DNA of 64,000 nucleotides from Rhizophagus irregularis (Eukaryota): contig NC_089431.1 in the NCBI RefSeq assembly GCF_026210795.1, positions 4,402,001 through 4,466,000 on the forward strand, in the 5' to 3' direction. Of the stretch, positions 26,398-39,597 are shown in pieces (within the stretch, counting starts at the first letter, position 1; every line of letters starts with the position of its first letter). The notes below the pieces were generated by a model. That model worked only from the letters and a program-made list of their open reading frames with translations, searched no databases and was not told where the DNA came from. A program made the translations under genes and the position numbers.

Positions 26398-28125
26398 ATC
26401 TTTATTTATTAAGGTAAGCTTGCGCTCCCTGCTTGCATAGTTTTAATGATACTGGTTTACGGATAAAAAAAGCTGAGGAGTAAGATATAAGAGAAACTGG
26501 CTTTCCCTTAAGAGGGTTAGCCTATGTACCTGGCTCTTATGGTTGGTGTCATGATATCAGTGGTTTGCCATAGGATTATACAGTGTATTGTTCTAGGGTG
26601 AACCACTGGTAGCATGATATTGACACTTTTCTGGAAGCTTTTTTTTATGGAGTATGGTGCAAATCATACTAACGTTTTTTTTTATCTTGTTTAGATTATT
26701 TTAGGTCTTTATGTGGAATAAATCAATGACTTTTAATATAAGATAACATACATCTTTATTTATTAAGGTAAGCTTGCGCTCCCTGCTTGCATAGTTTTAA
26801 TGATACTGGTTTACGGATAAAAAAAGCTGAGGAGTAAGATATAAGAGAAACTGGCTTTCCCTTAAGAGGGTTAGCCTATGTACCTGGCTCTTATGGTTGG
26901 TATCATGATATCAGTGGTTTGCCATAGGATTATACAGTGTATTGTTCTAGGGTGAACCACTGGTAGCATGATATTGACACTTTTCTGGAAGCTTTTTTTT
27001 ATGGAGTATGGTGCAAATCATACTAACGTTTTTTTTTATCTTGTTTAGATTATTTTAGGTCTTTATGTGGAATAAATCAATGACTTTTAATATAAGATAA
27101 CATACATCTTTATTTATTAAGGTAAGCTTGCGCTCCCTGCTTGCATAGTTTTAATGATACTGGTTTACGGATAAAAAAAGCTGAGGAGTAAGATATAAGA
27201 GAAACTGGCTTTCCCTTAAGAGGGTTAGCCTATGTACCTGGCTCTTATGGTTGGTGTCATGATATCAGTGGTTTGCCATAGGATTATACAGTGTATTGTT
27301 CTAGGGTGAACCACTGGTAGCATGATATTGACACTTTTCTGGAAGCTTTTTTTTATGGAGTATGGTGCAAATCATACTAACGTTTTTTTTATCTTGTTTA
27401 GATTATTTTAGGTCTTTATATGGAATAAATCAATGACTTCTAATATAAGATAACATACTTCTTTATTTATTAAGGTAAGCTTGCGCTCCCTGCTTGCATA
27501 GTTTTAATGATACTGGTTTACGGATAAAAAAAGCTGAGGAGTAAGATATAAGAGAAACTGGCTTTCCCTTAAGAGGGTTAGCCTATGTACCTGGCTCTTA
27601 TGGTTGGTGTCATGATATCAGTGATTTGCCATAGGATTATACAGTGTATTGTTCTAGGGTGAACCACTGGTAGAATGATATTGACACTTTTCTGGAAGCT
27701 TTTTTTTATGGAGTATGGTGCAAATCATACTAACGTTTTTTTTATCTTGTTTAGATTATTTTAGGTCTTTATATGGAATAAATCAATGACTTCTAATATA
27801 AGATAACATACTTCTTTATTTATTAAGGTAAGCTTGCGCTCCCTGCTTGCATAGTTTTAATGATACTGGTTTACGGATAAAAAAAGCTGAGGAGTAAGAT
27901 ATAAGAGAAACTGGCTTCCCCTTAAGAGGGTTAGCCTATGTACCTGGCTCTTATGGTTGGTGTCATGATATCAGTGGTTTGCCATAGGATTATACAGTGT
28001 ATTGTACTAGTTCTAGGGTGAACTATTGGTAGCATGATATTGACACTTTTCTGGAAGCTTTTTTTTATGGAGTATGGTGCAAATCATACTAACGTTTTTT
28101 TTATCTTGTTTAGATTATTTTAGGT
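26398..28125 (+). repeat. Tandem array of 353/354-bp units (~4.9 copies), each an intron plus a non-coding exon
   Basis: AAG|GTAAGC starts at 26411, 26765, 27119, 27472, 27825; each unit has TACTAAC, a T-tract and TAG. Confidence 0.95.
26542..26624 (+). ncRNA. Candidate intronic pre-miRNA-like hairpin (first of 5 copies)
   Basis: 40-position stem with 3 mismatches, 9 G:U pairs and no A:C mismatch, so it folds well on the + (intron-sense) strand only. Confidence 0.55.
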
Positions 28126-29483
28126 TTATTACAGTACGAATATATAATATACACAGTAAACGCAATAGAAAAATAATAAGGAATATAATGAATATAATTG
28201 GATTACGGGTCATTGCAAAATTGGTAAAGTATTATTCTAATTATGAGCCCCAAATATTGTGCTGTAGTCAAACAAAAATCTCAACAAATTGTCTATGATC
28301 AAATAAAATTCATTACTATTTTGTCAAAACTTTATTTTTCTATGCACTCCTTGGTTTTTACTAATAATTTTTTGATAATGTTTGTTTCGTTAATTTGCAA
28401 TTTCTTGTATTACTTTTTTAGAATAAGTGGCTGCACGAACTGCATGGTAAATCATGATATAGTTGATCAATAACTTTTTTCGTTTGTTCTTAAAAAATTT
28501 TAAGAATTTTATATTTGCTGTCATAACAACTATTATACTCAAATTAAGCACTCTCGTTAATTTCAAACACATAGCATCTGATCGCATTTAATATACTGTA
28601 CAATTTATTTCTACAGTACATTCAATCTCAGTCAAATGGTCTTAGAGGAGAGTCCATGCTTAAAAAAATAAGTATGAAAATTCGATATCATTAGAACCAT
28701 GTTGAGAGATAATAATGATAGTTTAAAAATAGTATATCGTAATTAAAAATATATTTGTTCACCATACATAAAGTATAATAAATTTGAATATTTTTTTTTT
28801 TTTGCACAGCGTAATATTTTTATAGCATAAACCCATTAATTATAAATTTATAAAAATTATTTTTTACTTGAAATAATTTAATAATTTGTTTGTATAAAAT
28901 ACGTTTGGCGTAATTGACAATTAATAATTACGTTATATATCACATATTTATAAATTAACTATTCCTTTTTCAGACTTCAAAAAAAAAAAATCAAATCATT
29001 AAAATTTTCTTCCAAACTTTTAATATATATATTCTTTTAATAGAAATTTTTTCTTGAAATATAAAATATATCTCCAAGAATTATTATGAAAGAATTTAAT
29101 ATTATTTTATTGTTTAATTATTATCGGTATTTTAAGATCGGTTAATATTGTTGTAGGTTTGTGAAACTTTAACGTAACACAATGCAAGTCCCATTTTGAT
29201 AAGTTCTAAGAATTCTGTACGGAATGTACAATAAAAATCGAAATGTCATTTGGAAACATACTTTAACCATATTAGGCATTAAAAAAATCAATTTTATAAA
29301 CAATGTAGGATCCATTTTGTATCAAAACATTAGAAACTTCTATCGGGTATTATACGCAGATTTTTTTTTAATTTTGTAAAAGAATTCATTGTTCAATTTT
29401 TTATTATAAAAACGTATATATATAGAAGCTGTTTCTTTTAAATATATTCAAAAATAAACAAATAAATTAATAGATAAAAAATT

Positions 29484-31325
29484 ATGAACCAATTAACAAA
29501 TCATAATCATAAAATTGACTTTTTAACATCAAATGATACATCTTCATTTCAACCAACGCAAACTATAGTCAAATCAAAGTATAAAAAAGAGAAATGTAAT
29601 GAATGTAATAAAAGAAGGTCACGTTTAGATGAAACTCACCAGATTTGTCACGTTTGTTACAAAATGAAGACATTATTTAAACCGAGTGGAAACAAAATTA
29701 TCGATGATTTCATCAGATTTACACAAGTCAATTTGGTCAGGAAGGAAGGAAAATTGGAGTTTGTTCCCTATGAACAATTCAAAAATATAGAATTTATTGC
29801 TGAGGGAGGATTTAGCAAAATTTATAAAGCAACTTGGGTTGATGGTCCGATTAATTGGGATAATGTTGAACGTAAGAGTGATAATATTTCTCGCAAACCT
29901 AATTATACAGTAGTTCTCAAAAAAATCAATGATTCTAAAAACATTACGTCTAAGGAATTGAATGAGGTAACGTAAAATAATATGTTAAAATAAATCGTAG
30001 ATAATTAATAACATAACTTTTTTTTATTTTAGCTTAAGGTATATTATGATTTTTACACAAATTGGAATTCACAGCATAACAATTATCAGGTTAAGCGTAG
30101 AAGTAATAAGATATCTTACCAAGAAATTCCGCTTAATAGTTACATTTGTAATTATTTTGGTATTACTCAAGATGTGAATACACAAGATTTTATGATTATT
30201 ATGCAATATTATGAATTAGGTAATTTAATACATTACCTAAGTAATGATTTTTATAACATTAAATGGTCTAATAAATTACATGATTTAACATGTATCGCGA
30301 ATGGACTTATTAATATCCATAGTGTAAATATTATTCACAGAGATTTACATAGTGGAAATATTTTTTTTACAAGTAACCCGTCGTATAATGTAGTAATAGG
30401 TGATTTAGGGTTAAGTAAATCTGCTACTGAATCTACAGATGATAATAATGTGAAATATGGTATTATTACTTATATGGCACCAGAGATTTTTCAAGGACAA
30501 AAATATACTAAAGCTTCTGATATATATAGTTTTGGAATGATCATGTGGGAGTTTATGACAGGTAGAAGACCTTTTTGGGATGAACATCATGATACAAACC
30601 TTATAACTAAAATACGTGATGGATTGCGACCACCAATCGTAACAAATGCACCTGAAGGATATATTGAATTAATGAAAGAATGTTGGAATTCTGATCCATG
30701 TAAAAGACCGACAGCCAATGATATATATAAAAGAATTTGTATATTGGTTAGAAATGAAGAACAAAATAGTAAAAATCAGAATCCAACTAAAATTATAGAA
30801 TCATCAGATATTGGACCTGTACCAAAATATAATCCAGGTGCCATTTATAAGAGCAGGCCTTTAAGTGGTATGATTAATTCTGCAATGTCTTTAAGGAGTT
30901 CAAGAAGTCAATCTATTAACTTAGAAAAAGTCAAACGAAAATTTGAAGATAATAATGATGATGGTATGATTTTATTTACAATTTTATAATAAGATTTTAG
31001 GATGTCAATATTTATTAATTAAAATTTATTTAGGTCAAAGTATTAAAAGAAAAAAATTGTATGAAAATGAAAATAATGGTAATAATTTTTTTTTGATAAT
31101 ATATCAATTTCATAACTTGATTTAATTAAAATTAACGTATAATTTTTCATTTTTCTTTAGATTATTTTACAAAATTCATCGAATTAGATATTGATATGAA
31201 ATTAAGTACTGATGGTATGTAAATATATACTGACTATAGTAATTTTTTAATATTAAATTTTAACCTAACGTTCTTAATTTATATTTGCAGAATATATTAC
31301 CCAGGAATATGATTTTGATATCTAA
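29484..31325 (+). CDS. TKL-like protein kinase
   Basis: Exons 29484-29966 and 30033-~30964, then three short exons ending ..QEYDFDI* at 31325; CNEC..CHVC, GGFSKIY, HRDLHSGN, DLG, YMAPE. Confidence 0.9.
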
Positions 31326-31694
31326 TTTTAATTTTTTAAATGTTTATAGAAAGTTTAATTTTTTATTTATCATAAATAATGGATCAGAAACATATTATAT
31401 TATCAATAAATTATTTTTTTTACTCTATGAAAATGATTGTTATCATTTAGTCTTATTTAGTGTATAATTACTAAATTTTTAAGAAAAGCGTGTCAATCCA
31501 TTTGACGCTACTTCCAAATGACTAAGGCATGTGAGGGAGAATCTATATTTTATAAACTGTAAAATCGTTAAAATCCCACCTTCTCGTTGATATTTGAAGA
31601 AACATTATGTAAATTTTTCTTTATTCTAGACACAGATTCTGAAATCACTGATTTATCTGTATTTTAGAAACGTCATCGCAATTTGTATTCATTT

Positions 31695-31874
31695 ATTTTA
31701 TATTTGTTTTATTTATTTTATTTATGTAAAGCAGGAAAATTACAATGAAAAGTCACTACACAATTCCAAAGAATAAAAGAAGCGGGCAACATAAAACTTC
31801 ATCCAAACCATAACGGAGCGGACCCTCACTAGAGAAATCCATCTTTCCCAGAACCCAGTACGGAACAGCGGGGA
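31695..31874 (-). mobile_element. 5'-truncated non-LTR retroposon 3' end
   Basis: GC-rich body ending in a (TAAAA)n-like tail on the minus strand; 17-bp flanking direct repeat GCAAWTTGTATTMATTT (31678-31694, 31875-31891; 2 mismatches). Confidence 0.6.
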
Positions 31875-32491
31875 GCAAATTGTATTAATTTGCGTCGCCG
31901 TATTAGAACCGTATCGTTACAAATCACGTGTCTGCGTGACTTTGGTCACGCACTTATTGTTCGATTCAGAAAAGTTGAACAGATGTAATATTTCAATAAA
32001 TTTTATTGGTCCGTATATCCTTGAAAAAAATTTCTCAATGTTTTTCAAAAAAGACTTTATCTCATAACAAATCGAAGAAATATTTAAAAACTTGAAATTT
32101 TTTATAAAAACATCATCGCATGCGTTTCTTTTTTTTTTGCTGTCCCGCTTTTGATACTTAAATTCGATTTATACTTAAAATAGAAAATAGATTCATTTGG
32201 TTCATATAATGAAATATATTTAATTTTTAACACTTGTAAATACTCAATTTAGAATGATATTTGGCGTTATCGAAATTTACTGCAAGCGCAGCACCTGACT
32301 CATCTTTATTTACTTAAATATAAGCGTAACTACATGCCATTATTTTATCAATAATGAAAATAATAAAAAGTAAAATAAAATACACAATAAAAAATAAAGG
32401 TATAAAATAATAAGCAATATAGTGAACTATAAATAAGAAAAAAAATAATTGTTAATAACATACAGTATATATTATGAAATTTACAAATTTT

Positions 32492-33166
32492 CTAGATTTC
32501 ATGAACATTATAATTATTGTCATAAAATTCAAAATTTTGAGGACTAGTTAAAATTTCACTATTTTCAGAAAAGTTAACTGCAGCAGGAACATTCACTTGT
32601 TGAGGACAAAAACTATTTGATAAAATATTTTGTTCATTCATAAAATTTAATTCATTATTATCATAATGACAGTCAATTTCTGTAGCAGTTGATATGTGAG
32701 AAGTGACTAATTGACGTTCATTCAAATAAGGATGAGTTCGATAATCACGGTTTCGGTTTATACGGTTTATACGACGAGGCATAGAATGTTGTTGTTGTGT
32801 GTTAAGAAATTGTTTCAATTGATTTAAATGATTCTTTAATTCATATAATTGTTCAAGTTGTCTTTTAGCATTTTCTTCAAATATCAAAATAGAATTAGAA
32901 ATTCTTTGAAATTTTTGATACATAAATGGAACATTTTTTTGTTGAGAAATCGTACGAGATGTTGATTGAAATTTTGGCGTAACATAATGTGTTAAAGGAA
33001 CAGAAACAGTATGTTCGTTTTCGTGAAAAGAATCATTAAAGAAGTTTGGATTAGTTGTAACAATATTGTCGTTATTATTATTATTTTCAAAAGGACTTGA
33101 AATAAGTTCGGTCAAATTTTCATTATAACCTTGGAAATTTTGAGAATCTTGAGAAAAATGTGTCAT
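32492..33166 (-). CDS. Hypothetical N/Q-rich protein with coiled-coil and basic patch, 224 aa
   Basis: Single long ORF with coding-like composition; LEQLYELKNHLNQLKQFL heptads, RRINRINRNRDYRTHPY. Confidence 0.7.
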   Translation of the reverse strand: MTHFSQDSQNFQGYNENLTELISSPFENNNNNDNIVTTNPNFFNDSFHENEHTVSVPLTHYVTPKFQSTSRTISQQKNVPFMYQKFQRISNSILIFEENAKRQLEQLYELKNHLNQLKQFLNTQQQHSMPRRINRINRNRDYRTHPYLNERQLVTSHISTATEIDCHYDNNELNFMNEQNILSNSFCPQQVNVPAAVNFSENSEILTSPQNFEFYDNNYNVHEI

Positions 33167-34817
33167 GATTATTATAAATTATTATAAATTTTTTTTTTGT
33201 TTCTTTTAAAAAAAAAAGTACAAATTTTACGAGTTTAAGAAATGTAAAAAGAAATGTAATTTTGTTTTTAATGTAATTTTTTTTTTTATGGGTGGGTCAG
33301 AGACGTTTTTTATCAGTGGTTTTTATATTTGTTTTTTCAATGTCGGGTATTTATGGAATAAAGGTATTTTAGTTAATTAACCCTAGTTAATTAACGTCCT
33401 TATGATCGTCATACTGTATAGTTAACGGTTAATTTAACAAAATGATCGACAAACTAACCTAATTGACAGTAAAAAAGAATATGAAATCTTGGCATTCGTT
33501 GTTAGTATGATGCAATATTCTACAACAAATTCAAGATCCGCATATTCGTCAAGTTTTGAAATTATTGAAAAAAATTTAATATTAAACTCTCATCCTTTGG
33601 AAATCTCTAAAATCTCTATAATTTGGTTAATTATCCCGTTAAATAACTATATTAACCAAAATCACACTAAATTAGTAATGTGATACACAAATCAAACAGG
33701 GCATATGTAATAGTTGTCAGATACAAAGCGAAATATTAAATCCCGAATGATCATCCAGGGTAATGTTACGAAATTCAATAATCCCGGATGATCACCTGGA
33801 TACATCCAGGGTAAAAATACTCCAAATCGGATTTTTGAAAAGTATGGCGCTTCAAGCCTCTTCATGTAACCACCCTTCATAATCGGGTGATAAAATAATC
33901 ACAGGATTTTTACTGAGCATAAAAGAGCCATAATAATTGGATATTCGGACAGATTACCAGTAATGAACAACAGAAAAAATTTAATAATAACACAGTAAAT
34001 TTAACAAAGAAAAATTATTGGGAGCACCGATTAATAAACGGGCATATGTTGCCAAATAGGATTATGCAGACGTTCTAGTTTTATTAGGCATAACAAAGTA
34101 TGTAAATAGTAAAAGTACATACATATAAGTAATAAAAAGCTTTAGAAAGCAATGAATGAACACGGGGGTAACGATGATTATATATTGTAGATCACGTGAA
34201 CTGAAGTTGGCTGGTTCTGGTATGCTATGATCATATTGATATATTTATTTTATAATTTAACTATATTGTAATGATCAAATAAATAATCGAATATTAAAAA
34301 TATATATAAATTCTGTTAAAAAACTTTCAAATAATCTTAACGACATAAGTAAAGGCGTTTTTAATCGTTTAATAATTTTTTTTAGTACAAAGTAAATCGT
34401 CTGTGCGATCAATTTGAAATATCGATTTTTACTTTTTTTTTAGAATAAACTCAATGAGGCGTGAAATCAAAAAGAATTTTAAGTTGAAATGAAAGATCAC
34501 TTTCCTTCAAAGAAAGTTTCTCTTGATCAGTGACGGCGATGAATTTGGTCTTCAGAAATTGATTATTCATTTTACAAACTTTTTGATTTAAAAATAAAAA
34601 AAAAACGAGTTGAATAAAACAACATTATACGGTAATTAGAATTATCAAACGAGTCCTCAAAAAATGATTCTTCCCAAAATTTCAAAAATATTCGAATATC
34701 AAGTGAACCAGTTAATTAATATCACGAGATCTCTTTTCAATTTGTTCAAATTGATGATTCGCTCAAAATACAAAGAATGATTTCAATAAAGTGATATTTA
34801 ACTTCTTGAACGATATA

Positions 34818-35002
34818 CAGTCATCCTCCCATATAATCACACCCTTCGGGACCATAAAAAAATGGTGTGACTATAAAAATTATATATGATGTGATTAAAG
34901 GGAAGGTTTTTTAATAAGTTTATTAGTAACTTGGGATTAATGTAAATGTGCTTATAAGGGAGTTGTGATTATACAGGGGGTGACTATATGGGAGGACGAC
35001 TG
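34818..35002. mobile_element. Tc1/mariner-type MITE
   Basis: TIRs CAGTCATCCTCCCATATAATCAC / GTGACTATATGGGAGGACGACTG; TA on both flanks. Confidence 0.85.
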
Positions 35003-35048
35003 TATTCCCTTGATAGAGAAATTTTACTCGAGAAATTTTATATGTATA

Positions 35049-35258
35049 CTAGGACCCCGAAATATATATGTAGAGGTCAGGTCCAGAAGTGGTCCAAAAT
35101 ACGCATTCTTTCAGGGCCGGAATTACGATAATTTCAGCCATTATCTAAATTAGGAAATATTATTTTGGCTGGGATTATCCATAAAAGGAATGATCTACAT
35201 GATTTTTTTGACTCATTATACGCAAACTCGACCTTTTATGTATATTTCGGGGTCCTTG
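35049..35258. mobile_element. Tc1/mariner-type MITE
   Basis: TIRs CTAGGACCCCGAAATATA / TATATTTCGGGGTCCTTG; TA flanks; related relic at ~37699-37890. Confidence 0.75.
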
Positions 35259-35329
35259 TATACTAATTTTTTTTGGATCTCAATTTTATATCATCCGAGC
35301 TTCAAATGGTCGAGATTAAAATTTTGATT

Positions 35330-35760
35330 CAAAAATTAAATTATTTCAAATCAAAATGTCGAATTAATTTTAAAATGAATAATTATGAAGTTTCAAAATA
35401 ATTAAAATAATTAAAATCAAAATCTTCGAAATTAAATTCTTTAAAATTAAGTTATTCAAATTAATTCCTCGTGATCTCGTGATGGATTTAATCCTGATGC
35501 AACAATTTTAAAGTGAACTGAAGAACAGTGACAAGATTCTTGGAGGGCATAATCCAATCATGAATCATTTAAAAAAATGCTAGATATAGTCTAATGATAG
35601 TGAAAATTGTGTTTTAAATCGTATAACGGGTGGGAATAGAATACGTTCTGTCATTTCCGACCCACCGGCCAGGAAGCAATTGTTTAACTATTGTTATTTT
35701 AGGGGATAAATTGACTAGAGAACTGGTGATAGTAAGACATGAAGTAAATTATAAGGTATT
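35330..35760 (+). pseudogene. Degenerate TLDc-domain fragment (second copy at ~38880-39310)
   Basis: Relics of FKLILRGSRDGF and ILGGYNPIM with deletions and frameshifts. Confidence 0.6.
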
Positions 35761-35956
35761 TTTTTTTTGAAATAAACGTTATTTTTATTTTTATTTTTAT
35801 TATTTTATTTATTCATTTATTTAGAAAAGAATAAAGACAAAAGTAGAACGAAAACTTCGACTTATATGTCATAATGGTATATTGGAATACTTAATCAAGC
35901 TTAAATTTTTTAGTAATAGAAATTAGACTAAGGAGAACAATCATACTACTAATAAG

Positions 35957-37542
35957 TCAAAAACTATTAATCTGAAATACTTCATAGTCTTCTATAAAAA
36001 ACTTATCTTCAGATTTTCTGATAGGTTTTTCATAGGATGACTGTTTACAATAACACTTATTAAATTTTTTACCATCAGATACATAGCAAGTTTTTCCCAA
36101 TAATATAAGATCACCATAACCAAATGATGGACCCAATTTCTTCTTATAATTTATGGCATGCTTTTTATCCATCACTCTACTTAGAAGATAACCTTCAACA
36201 TTTTCATTGTTCATAAAGGAAAATATAAAACTATCATTAGTAACGCCCAAGCCCTCAGACTTCCATTCAATCGGATTATATCCTCCAAGAATTTCATGAC
36301 TGTCTTTTACTTTTAAAATTGCTATAGTATGAGATTTGTTATCGCAAAAATCATGAAATCTAGGAGCATTAAATCCATCACGAGATCCACGATAAATCAA
36401 TTTAAATTCGTACGAATTTTCTGCCTTATCTGTAATTTCTAATCTATCAATCCATTTTGAGATTAATTCAGAATGTTGAGTTTTAATAATTATCGAATCT
36501 ATACTTATTGAATCAACTTTTGGAGTAAATTCGACCTGCTTGTTTGAATTGGCTGTTGAATTACTAACGCTCTCTGAACTGATTGTTTTGATCATTTGAA
36601 GTTCGTCTGGCCTATAATCATGATTCAAAAAAATTTTCAATAATTCCTTATATAATTCCTTGGGTAAAATTTTCTTATAAGGTAAAACTTTACCCAGAAA
36701 TTCTTTAGAGGACAAAGTAAAGAATTTAATAAAAGGAATACATTGTTGTATGGTATTCTTTAAAACATTGAAATCATCTTTTGAAAAGTTTGCAGGATCA
36801 GAAGGGAGTTCAGGATTTTGAGCAAGTCCCCATTTAAGAACGTGTTCCCAGGCTTGAATTCCATTCATTTGAAGATTATCGTGTCGAAGAAGAGAAATCA
36901 AAGTTTTCTCTGAAATTGAAGTAAAATCGGGTAAATTAAAAATTTTTCCGGTTGTTTAGATATTAATTCCGTACAAAACTTTTGAAGTTCTAAGAAAGAA
37001 TCACTCTCAAAACTAGTTTGATATATTGAAATAAAATTTTGTTCAATCCAGTTTGCTTGGTTATCAATCAAAAATGATTGCGAATGGGGTATTAGCTCCT
37101 GAAGACTTAGTTCACTGGCAGCAACCATAATTTTAACAACGTGCGAGGCATCATATTCTTCCAAAGAAAGTTTTCCTCCATAAATATACCTAAAAAAAAA
37201 GAAAAATTATTTTTTTTAATGAAATAATCACAAAATATGTAAACTATATATTAAATTAAGTAATTATAATTTAATCCGTTCTTACTTCAAAATTATTTGG
37301 AAAATTTCAGGTGAAATATTTGTTAATTTAATATGTGTTAACGTTTCGTCATTCTTCTTTTTATTTGTTGACAAAATTCTTCTCAAATAAAGAGAACGAT
37401 AGTTCAAAATAACCATATGAGCGCGAAAAATTTTAACATAAGGGTCATTACCAACTTCTATTGTAACATCATAATATTCTTCATCATTCAAAATTTCGAG
37501 TAAATTTTGTGATAATTTTGGTAAAAATTTATTATCCGACAT
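35957..37542 (-). pseudogene. BTB-BACK-TLDc gene with a single 1-bp frameshift (pseudogene or homopolymer sequencing error)
   Basis: Two-exon structure like the paralog at 39598-41167; T5 at 36943-36947 where the paralog has T6 splits exon 2 into ORFs 36898-37164 and 35957-36901. Confidence 0.8.
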
Positions 37543-37698
37543 AATGAATGAAACAGAAAATAAAGTTTTTTTTTGCAGATCGTATCCGAATGTTTGAATT
37601 TATAAGAATACAAATATATTACTGTATGACTGTATCACATACGATCGACATAGTTTTTTTGACTATCAAATCTCATTACCTTACTATATTTACTTTAC

Positions 37699-37890
37699 TG
37701 GAACCCCGAGTTAATATACAGTATTATAGGTCAGGGAAGATCGGCACACATTTACTATTAGCTCTACGAATTTCTTCAGGGCCGGAATTATGTAATGCCG
37801 GTCGGCATTATCCACAAATGGAAACGATCTACATGATTTTTTTTTTTTTTAGCTCATTCTAAGTAAATAACTAGGACCTGACCTTTCTAT
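37699..37890. mobile_element. Relic of the MITE family at 35049-35258
   Basis: Shares TTCAGGGCCGGAATTA..ATTATCCA..GATCTACATGATTTTTT..CTCATT; absent from the paralogous promoter at ~41270. Confidence 0.55.
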
Positions 37891-39597
37891 TAATTCAGTC
37901 AAGAGACGTAGTCGATCTATGACTGACCCGTTTCCGCAGTTCTGGTGATTACCATCTAACTTAATGGCGTATTGAATAGCTCAGTTTACCGAATATATAA
38001 TTTAGGAGATAGGAATTGTCAAGAGATTAGCAAATATTCTGGCAAAAATATCGCAAGTCTCGCTCACAAATTAAAAATATACAGTAAATTGAATTAAGAT
38101 AAATGATAAAACTATTAACAAACTAAAACGAACTCTTCAACAAGCTTATCAATTTATAAATTCAAAATTATTAATTTCACAAAGTAACCTTTTTTTTTTT
38201 TAAATAAAAAAATTATTAGCATACAGTTTACGACGTAATATCCGGAACTTAGAATTTTATTATTTTTATTTCGAATTAATGCTATTACTAGTAGTTTAAT
38301 ATACATAGATGAATATATGTTAAAAATTATAAACAATTTATTATATAGCATTTTTTTCTGACACTAATCTAATCCAATACGCAATTTTCTAATTAAAGAA
38401 ATAATTTTAATTAATTTATCCCACTCCTATGAATAAAGCCTCCATCCAAGTATTTTTTTTTTAATAATTCAAATAAATAGACCGGTTAATTGTTATTTAA
38501 TTATTTCTGTATGTTATCCCTTCTACAGTTAACTTATACATTTTGAATATGAAAGAAGAAACTGTGAATTTGTATTGCTACTAATAAATAATTAGGTAAG
38601 CATGATATTGTCGCTCGCTTATTCTATATCTAAAAATGGTTAAAATATTCGTTGTTTAATTTGAGTTTTCGGTTCACGTACGTTGAAAAAAATTTTCAGT
38701 TTTAAAAAAATCCACCTGGCAAATTTTATAACAAACAATCATATTATAAAATTTTTTTCGAAGTTTTACAAAAACTGACCCGGCCGGGTGATGTGAACCG
38801 AAAAATCAAATTTGTGTGGCTTTAGATCATCCGGGCTTCAAAAGATCGAGATTAACCTTCTAAGAAATTTTGATTCAAAAATTATTTCGAATCAAAATGT
38901 TGAATTAATTTTAAAATGGATAATTATAAAAGTTCAAAATCATTAAAATCAAAATCTTCAAACTAAATTCTTTAAAATTAAGCTTTTTGCATGAATTCAG
39001 ATTAATGTTTCGTGATCTCGTGATGGATTTAATCCTGATGCAACAATTTTACTAAGTGAAGAACAGTTGACAAGATTCTTGGAGGTATAATCCAATCATG
39101 TGAAAATATGAAGAATTTAAAAAATGCTAGATATAATCTAATGATAGTGAAAATTGTATTTTAAATCTTATAACGGGTGGGAATATAATAATTCTGAATA
39201 GGTTCTGTCATTTTTGATTTACCAGCTTGGAAGCAATTGTTTTAATTATTGTTACTTTTAGGGGATAAATCGACTAGAGAACTGATGATGGAAGGACATG
39301 AAGTAAATTATAAGGTATCGATATTAATCATTGAAATTTACGTTATTTTTATTTTTATTATTTTATTTATTTACTTATTTATTTATTTTAGAAAAAAATA
39401 AAGATAAAAGGATAAAAGTAGAACGAAAATTTCGGCTTATATGTCAATAATGGTATATTGTGATAATTAATTTAAGCTTCGCAATTTATTAAGCTAAACT
39501 TCTTAGTAATAGGAATTAGACTAATAGATTTATAAGAATGTAAGAAGAAAAGAATTATACCAATAAGTCAAAACAAGTTTAAACAAAAAACATATAT

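Noticed and set aside
26446..26477. C/D-box snoRNA (ATGATA..CTGA)
   Set aside because: Imperfect C box and only ~25 nt between the boxes, too short for a canonical C/D RNA
26512..26521. CTAACCCT on the minus strand as a telomerase template
   Set aside because: Only 8 nt, antisense to the splice signals and to the G:U-favoured strand, and part of a + strand stem
26398..28125. CRISPR array, 5S rDNA or SRP RNA array
   Set aside because: Eukaryotic context, no unique spacers, no recognisable 5S sequence or SRP helix-8 motif; the units carry spliceosomal signals
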